The position numbers were made by a program, and so were the translations under genes. Below the pieces are notes generated by a model. That model worked only from the letters and a program-made list of their open reading frames with translations. It did not search any database and was not told the origin of the DNA. Shown in pieces: positions 47,101 to 58,719 of a DNA stretch of 64,000 nucleotides; the first letter of the stretch is position 1, and every line of letters starts with the position of its first letter. The stretch is from Psammoneis japonica (taxonomy: Eukaryota), in contig QPGO01000013.1 in the NCBI GenBank assembly GCA_008632985.1, positions 310,001-374,000 on the forward strand, written 5' to 3'.

Positions 47101-49291
47101 ATGTCAGCATGCACATTTGTCACATGTCTGGGGTGGTCTTGCCAGTGCTCAAGATGCCAACTGTCACAGTGGTGGTGCATTTTGAGGAAGTGTTGCTGGT
47201 TTGCTTCAAAGCTGCTTGCACACATCAAGCCATTCTGGGCATTTTGAAATGCCCCAGATGTTGCACACTCAAGATCCATCAGGATTTGCATTTTGGGTTC
47301 ATGGCTCCATTCTGGATGAGCACAAAGAAGGAGCACCACCACAAAGAGATACACATTTCCCAAGAGACACTTGGTTGCCTCAACACCAAAGTGTGCCACA
47401 GTGAGGGAGAGAAGTGGAGAGGACCCATGCTCCAGTGGGCAGCAGTGCTGCACGCAGGGCACTCTTGGAATTGTTGAATTTTCTTTTTCTGCTCTGCATG
47501 TCTTGCTTGCTCACAGATCCCTTGTGATGGCTGCTGCTGCTTCAACCAGTGCTGGCAGTCACATCAATTTTGAAGACATTTGTGCACTTGCATGTGCAGA
47601 TGGTGTGGCTCCTCTTGAGGACCACATTTAGTTTGACCTGCTTGCTGATGGCAAAGGCTCCATCATCTGCTGGTTCCAAAAATGGGGCTTCCATCTGCAC
47701 ACATGTGCAAGACAACTTTTGGCATCTCAGCCTCAAGAGAGCACGGGAGTGTGCAAGAAGCTGCTTCCTCAGATGACTTCAAGAATAATTTCGGTTGTTT
47801 GTCATGCCAAGGTTTTTTTCACTGCATGCACCCCAGCAACTAGAAAATCACCGAGCAGCTTCATGGACAGCTGCAGCTCAATTTAGAGAGAAATGTGTTG
47901 CTCCTTTGGCAGCAGTGTGAAAAAGCTAACAAAAACAAGGAGGAGGGCAAGTCAGATGGAAGAAGCAACCAGAGGTTGTGCCCAGCAATGAGTGCTCCTG
48001 AAGCACAAGGAGCCAAAGAGTGGCAACAGCATTCATGTGGAGAACAGCTGCAGTCAAGCCCAAAAAAGCATGGGCTGCACACAACTGCAGCTGTCCCAGA
48101 GATGAAGTGAGAGGAAGGACATGGCTGCACAGATTTCACATGAGAAAGGTGTGAGACATGCCAAGGCTCAAGACCTCGACACCAAAGAAAATCAAAAAGC
48201 TGCTGACAAGGTGATGCACCAGCCCATTGATTCACTCACAAGCCTGTGAATTTAGAAAGATGGCAAGCAAAAGCCAATGTGAACAATGTGGACAATGACA
48301 AGACATGGGGTCATGGATCCCAATGAAAAACAAAGATCAGAAGATCCCAGCTGGCTTGCATCTGACAAGTTCTGGGAAGGATCGAAAGCAAAGAACAGCT
48401 TTCACGACATTCTGGAAGCAGTTTTCCCCTGCTTGCTTCTGGCTCAATGGGATGAAAACCAAAACCAAAATTGAGTCTGGTGAAAATGACACCTTGCAGC
48501 ATTTAAAGATTGCTGGCTGGGTTGCAGAGAAAAATGTCAACGACAATCTTTTGGAGTGCAAAACATGGAAGACTTGAATGAAAAACAAATCCTCTCCACT
48601 TGTTGGAAAGTTGATGCCCAGACACACCTTGAAGAGAAGCATGGGGCAAATGAAAAGCAGAGTGAGTTACACAGCAAACTGCTGCAATCACTTGGCATGC
48701 CCGTGCAGAGTCACCCATGGCTTTTGTTGGGGAGAAAAGCAAGGAAAGAGCAACAGCAGAGATGTCATGGAGAGAGCGATGATGAGGGCTCATGAAGTTG
48801 AAGAACGCAAATGAGGAGAATTAGACTGTTGCTCTGGGCAGCTTGCCAGAAAGGAGAAAGACTGCAGAGTTGAGCATGTCAGAAAATGGGGCCTCAGTTT
48901 TGCCACCAAATGGGAGTGTTGTTTGCTGGCAGCACCTGGGTGTGATCTTTGCATGGTGAAGTGCGGCAACAGAGAGAAAAACAAAAAGCGGTTTCATTTT
49001 CTTGGCACACCCAAATGGCCAGATGTGGTGTGCATGCGAGCTGCTGTAGAATGGATTTGTTTGCTAGCCAGTCCTCTCAAAAATTGACACTGCAAAATTT
49101 TACAAGAGAACGCATTGTTTGAGGGCGTTGCAGTTGCGCGGTGGCGCGCTTTTTTTGCGCGCGTTCTCCCACCCACACGGAACAACGCACGCACTTGCAA
49201 GAAAACTGAAATTTCGAACTAACTTCGCACTTCACTCATTTTTGTTGTTGACCTGCGGTTGACGGTGGTATTGTGTTGATTGCTTCTGACC

Positions 49292-50145
49292 ATGTTTTTC
49301 TCTAGGATCTTTTTTGTGTTGATGATCAGCACGGCGACTAATGTTTCAGCGTACAGCAGTTTTTCCAGTGGAAACTCTCTAAAGAACCCTACACAAAATG
49401 ATGTTCGTCTACCCATGGATAGAAGGTCGGCATTCTTAGCAGCTGCTTCTGGAGTAGGAACAGCGCTCGTCGTTACTCAGTCCACCAATCAGATGGCATG
49501 GGCTAGTGGAGGTGCCACGGCTGGAAAATATACGACAATTCCAATCGCTAAACGGCGCTATTATGGACGGGTACAAGAAGCGGTTCACGAGTTTCTCGAA
49601 ATGGGCCCAGCGGTTCTCAAGGCCGACATGACGGCTCCCGAAATCCAGAGTTTCTTTGATGTAGAGGGGACTGTTGTTGTAGAAGCTCGCAACCAAGCTA
49701 TCAATGGTCAGTGTACAAAGAAGGATCAATCTTGTCGAGGAAAAGAGGTTCGTGATTCGAGATACAACGACATGAAAACGTCCATGTACCTTCTAGGGAA
49801 TGCCTTCCGATTCAATCAACAAAAGGTACGTCCTTCACTTTTGTGCGTTGCTTATTCGAAAGTCCTTTGTTCTCTCTTACAAAATAATTTCCATCGTTTG
49901 TAAAGGCTCCTGATAACTTACCCACGGTTAAGGCAGCCAAAGCCTTTTTCAAAGAAATGGATGCAATGGAGAAAGCCGTCGTCAAGAAGCCAAAAACGAA
50001 TGATATGGCTTCTGTTAAGCATTACGCAGCAGCTTTGGACATTCTAGACCAATATCTGGACCTTGTAGAGCTTCCTCCCACCTCGAGTGGAAATTATGAC
50101 CAAGAGTTTTCGACAAAAGTGGGAGAATCTTCCCGCATTACTTAG
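49292..50145 (+). CDS. Plastid thylakoid-lumen-targeted helical protein (loosely PsbQ/Psb31-like), 2 exons
   Basis: Signal peptide ending VSA-Y, DRRSAFL...AWA twin-Arg lumen signal, mature ASGGATAG...AKRRYYGRV; GT-AG intron 49826-49905 joins in frame to ORF 49957. Confidence 0.7.
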
Positions 50146-50274
50146 ATGAATGATAACGTGGCAAGACTACAGATAAGAGTCTTGCTACAATAAGAGACTG
50201 CCCCAGCTAAGAAATTTAAGAATATTTCCCAATCAAGAGCAGCGGTTTTGATCTTCGCTACAAGTTTCTCCCAC

Positions 50275-51906
50275 TTACGACGAATCTTCATCCTCCTTGT
50301 TATCCTCCGCGTGTACTTCTTGAGCGTCTTTCATTTCGTCGTCATCGGTATCCTTCGGTGAGGTTGACTCTTCCTCGCTTTCTGCCGGTTCCGCATCTGA
50401 TTTTTGAGGTTCTTCTTTTGGCGATTCTTGTGTTGTCTCCGGTGCTACGCCAGTAACCACGGCTGTTGTTGCCGATGGCGAAGATTTCGTGACGGCTGTA
50501 GTCAACCCCACAGAGACAAAACCACTTTCTCCGTCTTCCTCTTCCAACACAATTTTCTTCATCCCTTCCAAAACTTCCAAACGATCCCCAACGTACAGTG
50601 GACCATCCTCATGAACCGGTTCGTCTGCAGCAGAATTCGTGGGCATGCCTGGTACCTTCCCCATGATCCGCCGCCTACGTCTCGTTGCTTCATCTTCGTC
50701 CACGTGACATTTGGCCACGACATGGTAACCCACTCGCTTGGGCTCTTCCCAGGTTAGCTGAAATTCTGACTTTAGTAAAACTCCATTGCCATCTGCATCC
50801 CAGCCGGCAACCGCAACCGTGTTGGGGGAGTCTGGGAGAAACGCACATGCTTGAGGGTGCGGAACTCCCCGTATTTGTACCAACGACTTTTTCTGATCAC
50901 CCTCGATCGATTTCCGAACTTTTTTCAGTAACCGAGATGTCATACTACTTGATCCCTTGGAGGGACTTGTGGACGACGACGAAGCGTTAGACGCCGTGCT
51001 TGACATTGCAAACACGTGTGCTGTACCCTTGTCAGAAGTGCATGCCAAGTACTGTCCCTGATAACTCCACGTCAAGCAGGTAATATCTGCACGCTCTACT
51101 CCACGACGAAACTCTTGCAGACACGACGAAGTTGTCACGTCCCAAACGCGAATCACAGTGCCCTTGATACTCGCAGTGGCAAGCCGCGTTCCATCGGCTG
51201 CCAAGGCCAAGGCACGCAGAGAGGATTCATGTGCCTCCATCAACTAAGTTTCGTGCAGAAAGGACAAATTTGTGAGGTCCAAAGCATGAATAGCGTCACA
51301 AATCCAAGTATTCTAATGAATAATGTAACGTACCACAGTTTTTCTCTTGCCATACAATTCAACTCGTACATGTCCCTCTGTGACAGAAGGACACGCCAGC
51401 ACCATGTCTTGAACTGTAGTCGACAGACAGAGCAGCCCATGGGGATTGTCAGCAGTGTATATCTTATCACGTAAGCTCAAGTCAGCAAGATTATAGACAT
51501 AGACCCGATCTCTCAACGTAACTGCAACAGCATCGCGACGAAGTCTAACGCTGAGCACGACTTGTCGAAAGCTCAATTCACCGATAGCCTTCCCGACGTG
51601 GTCGTCCCATATCATTATACGATGAGGCGGTGCATACGGAGAGGGCCCACCACCGACCAACGCCAACAAGTTACAGCGAAAAAGCATCTCGATACGCCCA
51701 ACTCCACCCGGCAACTGGCGATCTACAGAGATCTGATAAGGATGCAAGTTGTGAATAGCAAAGCCGTTCGTTGTGCCGACAGCAAGGCAGCCACCGTCTT
51801 GATTAAAGGCACAGCACAACATGGACGGTGATCGACCTCCTGTGTCACCGTCATCATCAAAATCAGAGGATGATGTTTGAGCTTGCTCATCGTCGGTGTG
51901 CATCAT
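50275..51906 (-). CDS. ATG18: ATG18/WIPI PROPPIN beta-propeller autophagy protein, 2 exons
   Basis: FNQDGGCLAVGT, EMLFRCNLLALVGGG, IWDD, AH.S.L..LAL..DG..LATAS.KGTVIRVW, FRRG lipid-binding motif, TSDKGTAHVF; intron 51244-51333. Confidence 0.93.
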
Positions 51907-52333
51907 GGTTGGACGGTCGCAATGACTTCACACTTCGTCAAAAAAGTGAAAAAAGTGAAACACGCGGAGGCATCAGTTGGGTCGTGTCAGTCTCACGCGC
52001 ACGTAGGCTGAATACTGAATTCTACGTGAGGAAAATTCCAAAAGGACTTTCGCTTTCAGGGTCATGTGCTCCACCACCAAGGAGAGTAAGTTAGTGATCG
52101 ATAGCGATCATCTCTACTCTACTAGCTAGATAATCTATCTATCGCGTCGCAATCTATCGTCTCACAATAGAGAGAATTCTCACTGGTTATCGATGTCGAG
52201 ATGAAAATTTATTCTTGCAGAGCAGTAAAGCAATATCATATTCTAGCTCTTTTAGATTATTGCATTAGGTCGCTAATAAGTCTACGCGCAGTCAATCTCC
52301 ATCCCGCCTCTGGGTGATTCACCTTTCAAGATT

Positions 52334-55300
52334 CTAGCTCTGAAACTTAACTTTCAGATGTTTTGCAGAAGCAAGAACCCTGGATCCACCCCATTGCAAT
52401 TTTTCTACAACGATTGACCCAACTTTCGATCCAATCCGACGAAGCTCTTGCGCAGCTTTGCTTTCTTCGTCTTCTTCTGGATCAGGATCTGCCATACTTT
52501 TCAAGAGCTTGGCATGCAAATCTTGCATTGCTTCCGTCGCCTCGGAATGAGCATAATGCTTTGCATACCAGCTTTTTGCTTCCCACGTTTCAACCGCATG
52601 TTGAGCTGCAGCCTTGGACACGTGTGCATTTGCCAGGTCAACCACCTCTTGCCGGGCCGCAGAAGTGGCGCGCGGCGTGAAAGCCCTGCCTCTGCTCGTA
52701 AAGCCAGGCAAGACTGGCGTCACGTCATCAAGAGAAATTAATTCTTCCTCCTCCATGCTTTCTTGCATTTCTACGTCGTACATCACCTCCGAGGGGCTTT
52801 CTTCTTGCTCTGCATCAACATCCATCGCTCGGTCGGCCATCGTTTCATTGGTCTCCACTCCTTCTACGTCGTTCGTCACCTCCGAGGGGCTTTCTTCTTG
52901 CTCTGCATCAACATCCATCGCGCGGTCGGCCATCGTTTCATTGGTCTCCACCACTTCTACGTCGTTCATCACCTCCGAGGGGCTTTCTTCTTGCTCTGCA
53001 TCAACATCCATCGCGCGGTCGGCCGTCGTTTCATTGGTCTCCACTCCGTCACTACTCGTAGCGGATTCGGAGAATTGCTCCTCAGACGAGTCTATGGTGT
53101 CCTTTTCCACCGTACTTTTAGAAACACCAGGCGTTAACTCTTCTCTTTGGACTCTTCTGGAGGAGCCGTTCCCCTGGTGTCCACTCCGTCACGAGCGGAT
53201 TCGGAGGACTGCCAGTCAGAACCGGCAATGTTGTCCTCTTCCTCTTTTTCAATACCTTCCGCACCACCGGAAGAGGATTCTGGCGTCGTTTCGTCGGTGC
53301 CAACAGATTCATCAGCGGATTCGCAGGATTGATCTTCAGACGTGTCATCTTCCTTAGCACCAGACGTTGATTCTTCGTCTTTGTCTAGCCCTTCAGTAGC
53401 AGACTTGGAGGATTGCTTCTCAGACGAGTCGATGGAGCCCTCTTCCTCTTTCATCGTGCCTTTTTCACCACCAGAAGAGGAATCTTCATCGATGTCCGAT
53501 GTGTGTAAAGTAGCACTCGAAGCCTCGTCCTCCTCGGTGGCTATTTCACCACTAGCTTTTGCAACCAAGTCCTCATGAACGGATGAGTCGTCGCCTGTAT
53601 CCCTCACATCTGGCATAGCATCGTTACCAGATTCACTCTTATCTGTTGTCGACATGAAGGCGTCGATTTTACCACCCCTCCTGGTAGGTGGAGGAAGACC
53701 CGCAAATGAACTGGCTTTTTCCGCCCCTTGTTGCGTTCCCTCGATACCTTCGTTGACAGACCGCGTCAAAGGGTTGACTCTGTTAGTAATTTTGCCTGAT
53801 GATGCACCGAACCAAAAGATACCAAAGAGAAGAGCAAAAAGCAACATCACAAGAAAGATTAATATTCTCTTGGATCTCGACTGGCTTTCTTCGCGAGCCG
53901 GAGCATGCTGGTACCATTCTTCCAAGGATCCTTCCTTTGTTTCTACCAACTTAATGCTTCGCCAGTAGTCGGAGAGTGAATAATCACCCATCCCTATTCT
54001 AGGAACGCATTCAGCAAGATTATCCAGCTCTTGAGACGATACCTTTTCGTCTCCATTGACTTTTGCAACTAGCGAACTCCACAAGCGCTTTCGGGCGTAA
54101 TAGTCTCGGTTACAAAGCGTCAGGGTAACTCCCACAGGGTAATAGCGCCCTGAAAGGGGGTGGCGAGGGGAGTTCTCAACACGAACATGGCGTAGTTTGC
54201 CCTGACGCTCAAGGCGTGCGTGTGTCTCTTGAAAGCCGCCATCGCCAACCGCGGACGAGCCAAACGCCCATACCGAGGGAACACCAAAACTCCAAACACA
54301 AATCGGTTCTTCTCGCGCAGACGCCAACACGAGACCCAGCACACTCGCCAACGCACCACCCCACGGTAACCAACCACACTGAGACGGGCAAGCAGCATGG
54401 GTTGTTCATTGATTTCTTGCAATATCCTCGCCACAAGAGTGGTTTCATCGTCTCGGGTTCCGGCAAGCACATCACCAAACGAAGCATCCACACCAACCAA
54501 ACGGCCAGAGTTTCGTTCAATCTCATACTTTTTCACACCAGGACCTTTGGGATCGGGATCTGTTCGGTTGTAGCCCACAACCACAGTGACGCTGTTTAAC
54601 GAGCGGGAGATGAGAATGGCATACAACACTCCGTCGTGTTTCTTAATTTCATGTATGTACAGGTCTTCTGCAAACAGTTCAGGCATATCGGTAACCCAAG
54701 AACACCACTGCTGCCATATTCTTGGATATGAAAAAAACAACGCCGATATCGTGAGAAGACTTTAAAGCATGCGGAGATGAGAATTCTCTCTTACTGTCGT
54801 AAGATACTCACTGCTTTGGGTACGATCTTTCCGAATGCTTTGGATCCTCTGTGAAAACGACCTCCTCTTCTGCAGTGACACCAGCCATGTCTATCAAATC
54901 CTTCGCTCTTATGACTGCGGGAAGCTTTCCATACTCATCAACAAGCGTCGCGGAGTTACATCTATCTTCACTTATTGCATCCCGGAGCTCGGCGTAAGCC
55001 ATAACCATGCCCAGCAGAAACAAGTAATGCTCCGCTTGTGCTTCGACAGAAACAGACCCCCAATCGAAATTTTCACACGGACTCTCGACTTGAACGACGG
55101 GAATCGATTCTGGCACAGTCTGTAACGTCTTGGCGGTTGTGCGTTCATTGCTGCCTTCACTCGTCATTTCTGGCACACTCGCACCTTCAGCGCTATCTTT
55201 TCCCGTGGAAAGCGAGTCGTCGAGATCCCTCGCAGTTTCGTCATCACCAGCCACTTTTGTGCTACATCGAGACCTTCTTTCGACACATCCGGATGCTTCT

Positions 55301-55389
55301 CTTCTGTCGGGGATGAATTGTTGTTGCCCATGGTCGCGACAAGATCTCAGAACGGAAATTCTGAACAATGTCAACGCCCGCCTCCGCAC
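52334..55389 (-). CDS. Large hypothetical protein with one TM segment and acidic repeats; exon structure and start uncertain
   Basis: Colinear ORFs 54808-55389, 54120-54740, 53134-54351 and 52334-53110, joined by an intron and apparent frameshifts; TM segment ILIFLVMLLFALLFGIFWF; D/E/S-rich tail. Confidence 0.55.
52768..53046 (-). repeat. 93-bp coding tandem repeat x3 (VETNETMADRAMDVDAEQEESPSEVxNDVEx)
   Basis: Three near-identical units with 93-bp period (e.g. 52781 vs 52874). Confidence 0.9.
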
Positions 55390-56785
55390 CCGCCCCCTGT
55401 GCCTTTATTTTCGGCCTCAAAAACTCGCAAGACGATGGCGCCCGCCAGGTCCGCCCGCCTGCCTGCCACCAAGGGGCGCCAGGCTCCAGGGGGTGAAATC
55501 GATTGCATCATTTAGCATGTTCGTGCCGAACAAAATGAATGTTATTTTCGAACATTGGTCACAATGGCGGGAGAATTGTTTGATGATGACAATCCTCATT
55601 CACAAATGCCCTCACAACACAATTCACATCTTCGTGCTCTCGCTCCACCGGCATCATGCTTCTGTGTCAACAGACAACATTGAGCGCAGAACAACAAAGG
55701 AGGCGCCGCCCTTGCCTGGCTGCCACCGGCAAAGATGCAGCCAAGTCGGAAAAAGCCCAGCCCATCATTGAACCCTCTTTGCACTGTCTTGCTGCCAGTT
55801 TGTCACAACAAGAACTCAAGAAGCACATTGCAGAAAAATCCAAGGCTTGTGAAAGGCTGTGCTGGACCAAAGCACTTCAAAGCGGCGCCAACAAGGTGGC
55901 AGCTGACACAATGTTGTTGGCTGAAATGATGTCAGCAGTCAGATGATTGTCCCTGCACCATGTCAGCATTGCCAGAAGGACACTTGTGAGAGCCGGTCTC
56001 AATGACACTCCATCCACTCAGCTCAATGGCCCCTTCAGAAATGCAAAAACAGCGTGTCAGCGCAGTTGCTGCCTCAGAAGAAAAACAGCAGAAACTTTTG
56101 AACATGGAAAAGAGCCCTCATTGTCATGTCAAACAAACAGCTGCAGCTTCTCTCTTGACACGTTGGAGAAAAAAAGTCCCCTCTGACAGAACAGCCACCG
56201 CGTTTGAGTGCCATGCCATTGGTCAATGTGCGCGCAAGGCGCTCGGCCACACAAACCAAATCAAGTTTCCTGTTGACTTGTCTCCAATTTGCAAAACAAC
56301 TGCCAGTGGGATCATCAAGAGGTTTTTGAGTTGCACCAGAAAATTGGGCTCGTTTGTCACATCTGTGTGAGGTGCAGTGGGCAGGAGGAGAGCGGGAGCG
56401 ACTGCGGGGCGGCGGCTGCAAGAAGAGGAGAATTTGAAGCATGGTGCACTGACGCATGCATTTTGATGGCTCTTGCAAGCATTGGCAGAACCATGACACC
56501 AACAGTTGAAGCACCAAAGCAGGCAAAAGCACAGATCAAGGCTGCGAGCGACAAGAAAGCAAGCCAACAATGCCACAAGCCAATCCCAGCACACAATGCT
56601 GTGATTTTTTGTGTGTTGCCAACTGCTTCCGCATCCATCCATCCATCCATCCACAGAAAAGTTCACTGTCTTTGATCAAGGTTGGTCAAGTTCCCATGAT
56701 GGCGCCACCGATCTGCAAAAACAAGAGACAGCAAGGCATGTTTTGTGAATCGGAGTCGAGAGAGAAAGTCATTGTGTCTCAGGAC
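55300..56785. other. TpA-depleted block 2
   Basis: TA is nearly absent until an abrupt TA-rich stretch at 56788 (tttatcttcaatttgtttattatttttatgtaa). Confidence 0.75.
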
Positions 56786-56994
56786 GTTTTATCTTCAATT
56801 TGTTTATTATTTTTATGTAAAGGGTTATGCTGATTGGGTCATTATGACTCAATGGCACCTTATACATGTCTTCGTAGCGTTGGATATGGAATGTCTTTTC
56901 GAAATTTTTTTTTGCGGTCATTGTTTTCGTCATTATAGCGATCGATCTGATTGAGCGAGAAAGGAGAAAATGTAACAGGAAAAGAAGGAGCAAC

Positions 56995-58719
56995 GTGAGT
57001 GTCGTTGGTAATACACTTCTCACCGTCACAGCCGTATTATTGACGATGCTCGTGGCAATCTGGAGAAAGCTCTCTGGTCGCATCACTTCTATGCTGCTAG
57101 CTATACTGGTTATTCAGAATGTTTGGCACAGTCTCAACATCGAAACGGAAGTTCTTGATTTTCACACCGACACTTCTTCGCCACCATGGTTGCAGAGTCG
57201 GGCTTTGACAGTAAGCAATGAATCATCATCATTGTTGTCGCTCATGCCTGGAGAACTGCCTGGTTACACAGGATGGGCACGACCACAGCACACCTTGGCT
57301 GGTAACTTTTTTCTCTACCAAATATCGTCTCCTGAAATAATCGTCAACAAGGATTGGTTCTTTACCATTTCATGCGACGAGAATGAATGCAAAAAGGGAG
57401 GAGCTCACTTTTATGTACGAGCCTATGGACCGTCCGTCGTTACATCGCAAGTGCGAGACAATTTCGATGGCAAGTATGATTTTCGATTGCTGCTGTTGGA
57501 TCCGGGGCATTACACGTTGGAAGTGGTTCTGGTGACGTCGTATACTCCCAATCTGGACTCGTTTCCAATACAAAATGAACCCGAATACGAAGGATACATG
57601 CTTCCGGACTTTCCAATGCAACTGGAAGTATTTGCAGACAATAACGCACTCTCTGTGGAGGAGCCTTTATCAAAGCCTACTTCACTTTGCACCATGGATC
57701 AGCTTGTCGACAAGAATGTTGGGTATGCATACGGAAAAGCAAGATGGGTGGTTGTGGAAAAGAATGCTCTTGCGCGCAAAAATTCGCCGAATAATGAAAT
57801 GATTCCTAAAGAGAGGAGTCGAGCTGTACAGAATTCTTTGGGCATCGCAATGGACTATGTGCCAAAAGATTGTTCGTTGTTACCACGAGATGCAGTGACA
57901 ACGCCTGACTTCGGAATCATCACGAATTTGTGCTTGAAAAAGAGCACACATTCATCGACACCAGTGCGCATCATTTTTGTGGGTGATTCGATAGGCTCGA
58001 TTCAGGCACGGGCAATGAATGAAACCCTATCACGTATAAACCAAGGTATGGTTCGTCCCACACACATTAGCAAGAGCGGTGGCATTGCTGTTGCATTGGA
58101 TAACGTCATGCACCAGCTAGAAGAACTGAAACGAGAGTATCCCAACGAGCGTCGTATTGTGTTTTTCAATACTGGCCTGGATGATGCGGAAAAATCGTGC
58201 AGTCAAGAGTATCATGCCATTGGAAGGAGGGAAACGAAACGAAAGGATCTCGGACGATATTCATGCACGACCGAGTACAAGGAATACTTTTCCAAACTTG
58301 TTGGGTACATTGAGACCTTTCCCGCTGAACTTCGGGTCTTTCAATCAACCTCTGCAGGTTGGTTGCGTTATGGAAATTACGGATTTGGATGGTCACCGGG
58401 AGAAAAACAGTTGTTCAGCACGACTTCCAATTTTGTGGCTCACCTGAACAAGATTGCTTATCACGTATTGGCAGACGCCACTGGAATTCAAATTGTGGAT
58501 GGCTATTGGATGAGTCTATCTAGACCGGATGACCAACGAGTTGGTCTCGACACTGAAAGTGGGCATCGTTTAGTTCATCCTGGTATCGAAGTAGTGAATG
58601 CCATGGAGCGAATCTGGTGGATGCTGATATTTCGTACATTGTGTGGCGAAGCTTTGGATGATATATTCAGTGTTGTGTTTGGGCAAGATGATGCGACACG
58701 AAAGGGGGAGCCGGAGTAG
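56995..58719 (+). CDS. Type II membrane SGNH/PC-esterase (NXPE/CPED1-like) protein; start uncertain
   Basis: N-terminal hydrophobic anchor, Ig/filamin-like GGAHFYVRAYGP...DNFDGKYDF...DPGHYTLEV, then IIFVGDS, FFNTGL and a C-terminal D...HP. Confidence 0.65.
   Translation: MSVVGNTLLTVTAVLLTMLVAIWRKLSGRITSMLLAILVIQNVWHSLNIETEVLDFHTDTSSPPWLQSRALTVSNESSSLLSLMPGELPGYTGWARPQHTLAGNFFLYQISSPEIIVNKDWFFTISCDENECKKGGAHFYVRAYGPSVVTSQVRDNFDGKYDFRLLLLDPGHYTLEVVLVTSYTPNLDSFPIQNEPEYEGYMLPDFPMQLEVFADNNALSVEEPLSKPTSLCTMDQLVDKNVGYAYGKARWVVVEKNALARKNSPNNEMIPKERSRAVQNSLGIAMDYVPKDCSLLPRDAVTTPDFGIITNLCLKKSTHSSTPVRIIFVGDSIGSIQARAMNETLSRINQGMVRPTHISKSGGIAVALDNVMHQLEELKREYPNERRIVFFNTGLDDAEKSCSQEYHAIGRRETKRKDLGRYSCTTEYKEYFSKLVGYIETFPAELRVFQSTSAGWLRYGNYGFGWSPGEKQLFSTTSNFVAHLNKIAYHVLADATGIQIVDGYWMSLSRPDDQRVGLDTESGHRLVHPGIEVVNAMERIWWMLIFRTLCGEALDDIFSVVFGQDDATRKGEPE

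Larger units (their letters stand above)
26980..49200. other. TpA-depleted hypermutated repeat block 1
   Basis: TA is rare over about 22 kb and TG/CA is abundant; ORF-track peptides are Cys/His/Gln-rich and almost Tyr-free; composition returns abruptly to normal on both sides. Confidence 0.9.

Noticed and set aside
46300..47700. Possible second reverse-transcriptase remnant
   Set aside because: Only vague resemblance; no catalytic motif could be identified with confidence.
35200..49200. Dense overlapping 60-230 aa ORFs in all six frames, rich in Cys/His/Gln
   Set aside because: Expected by-product of TA loss, which removes TAA/TAG stops and turns Tyr into Cys/His; no recognisable domains, so not a cluster of Cys-rich or metal-binding genes.
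26980..49200. Classical RIP or CpG decay alone as the cause
   Set aside because: RIP creates TpA, and CpG decay cannot turn conserved Tyr codons into Cys/His; the copia retains many CpGs.
52768..53046. CRISPR-like appearance of regular repeats (also at 2804, 10195 and 21040)
   Set aside because: They are in-frame coding tandem repeats without unique spacers, in a eukaryotic context with no cas genes.
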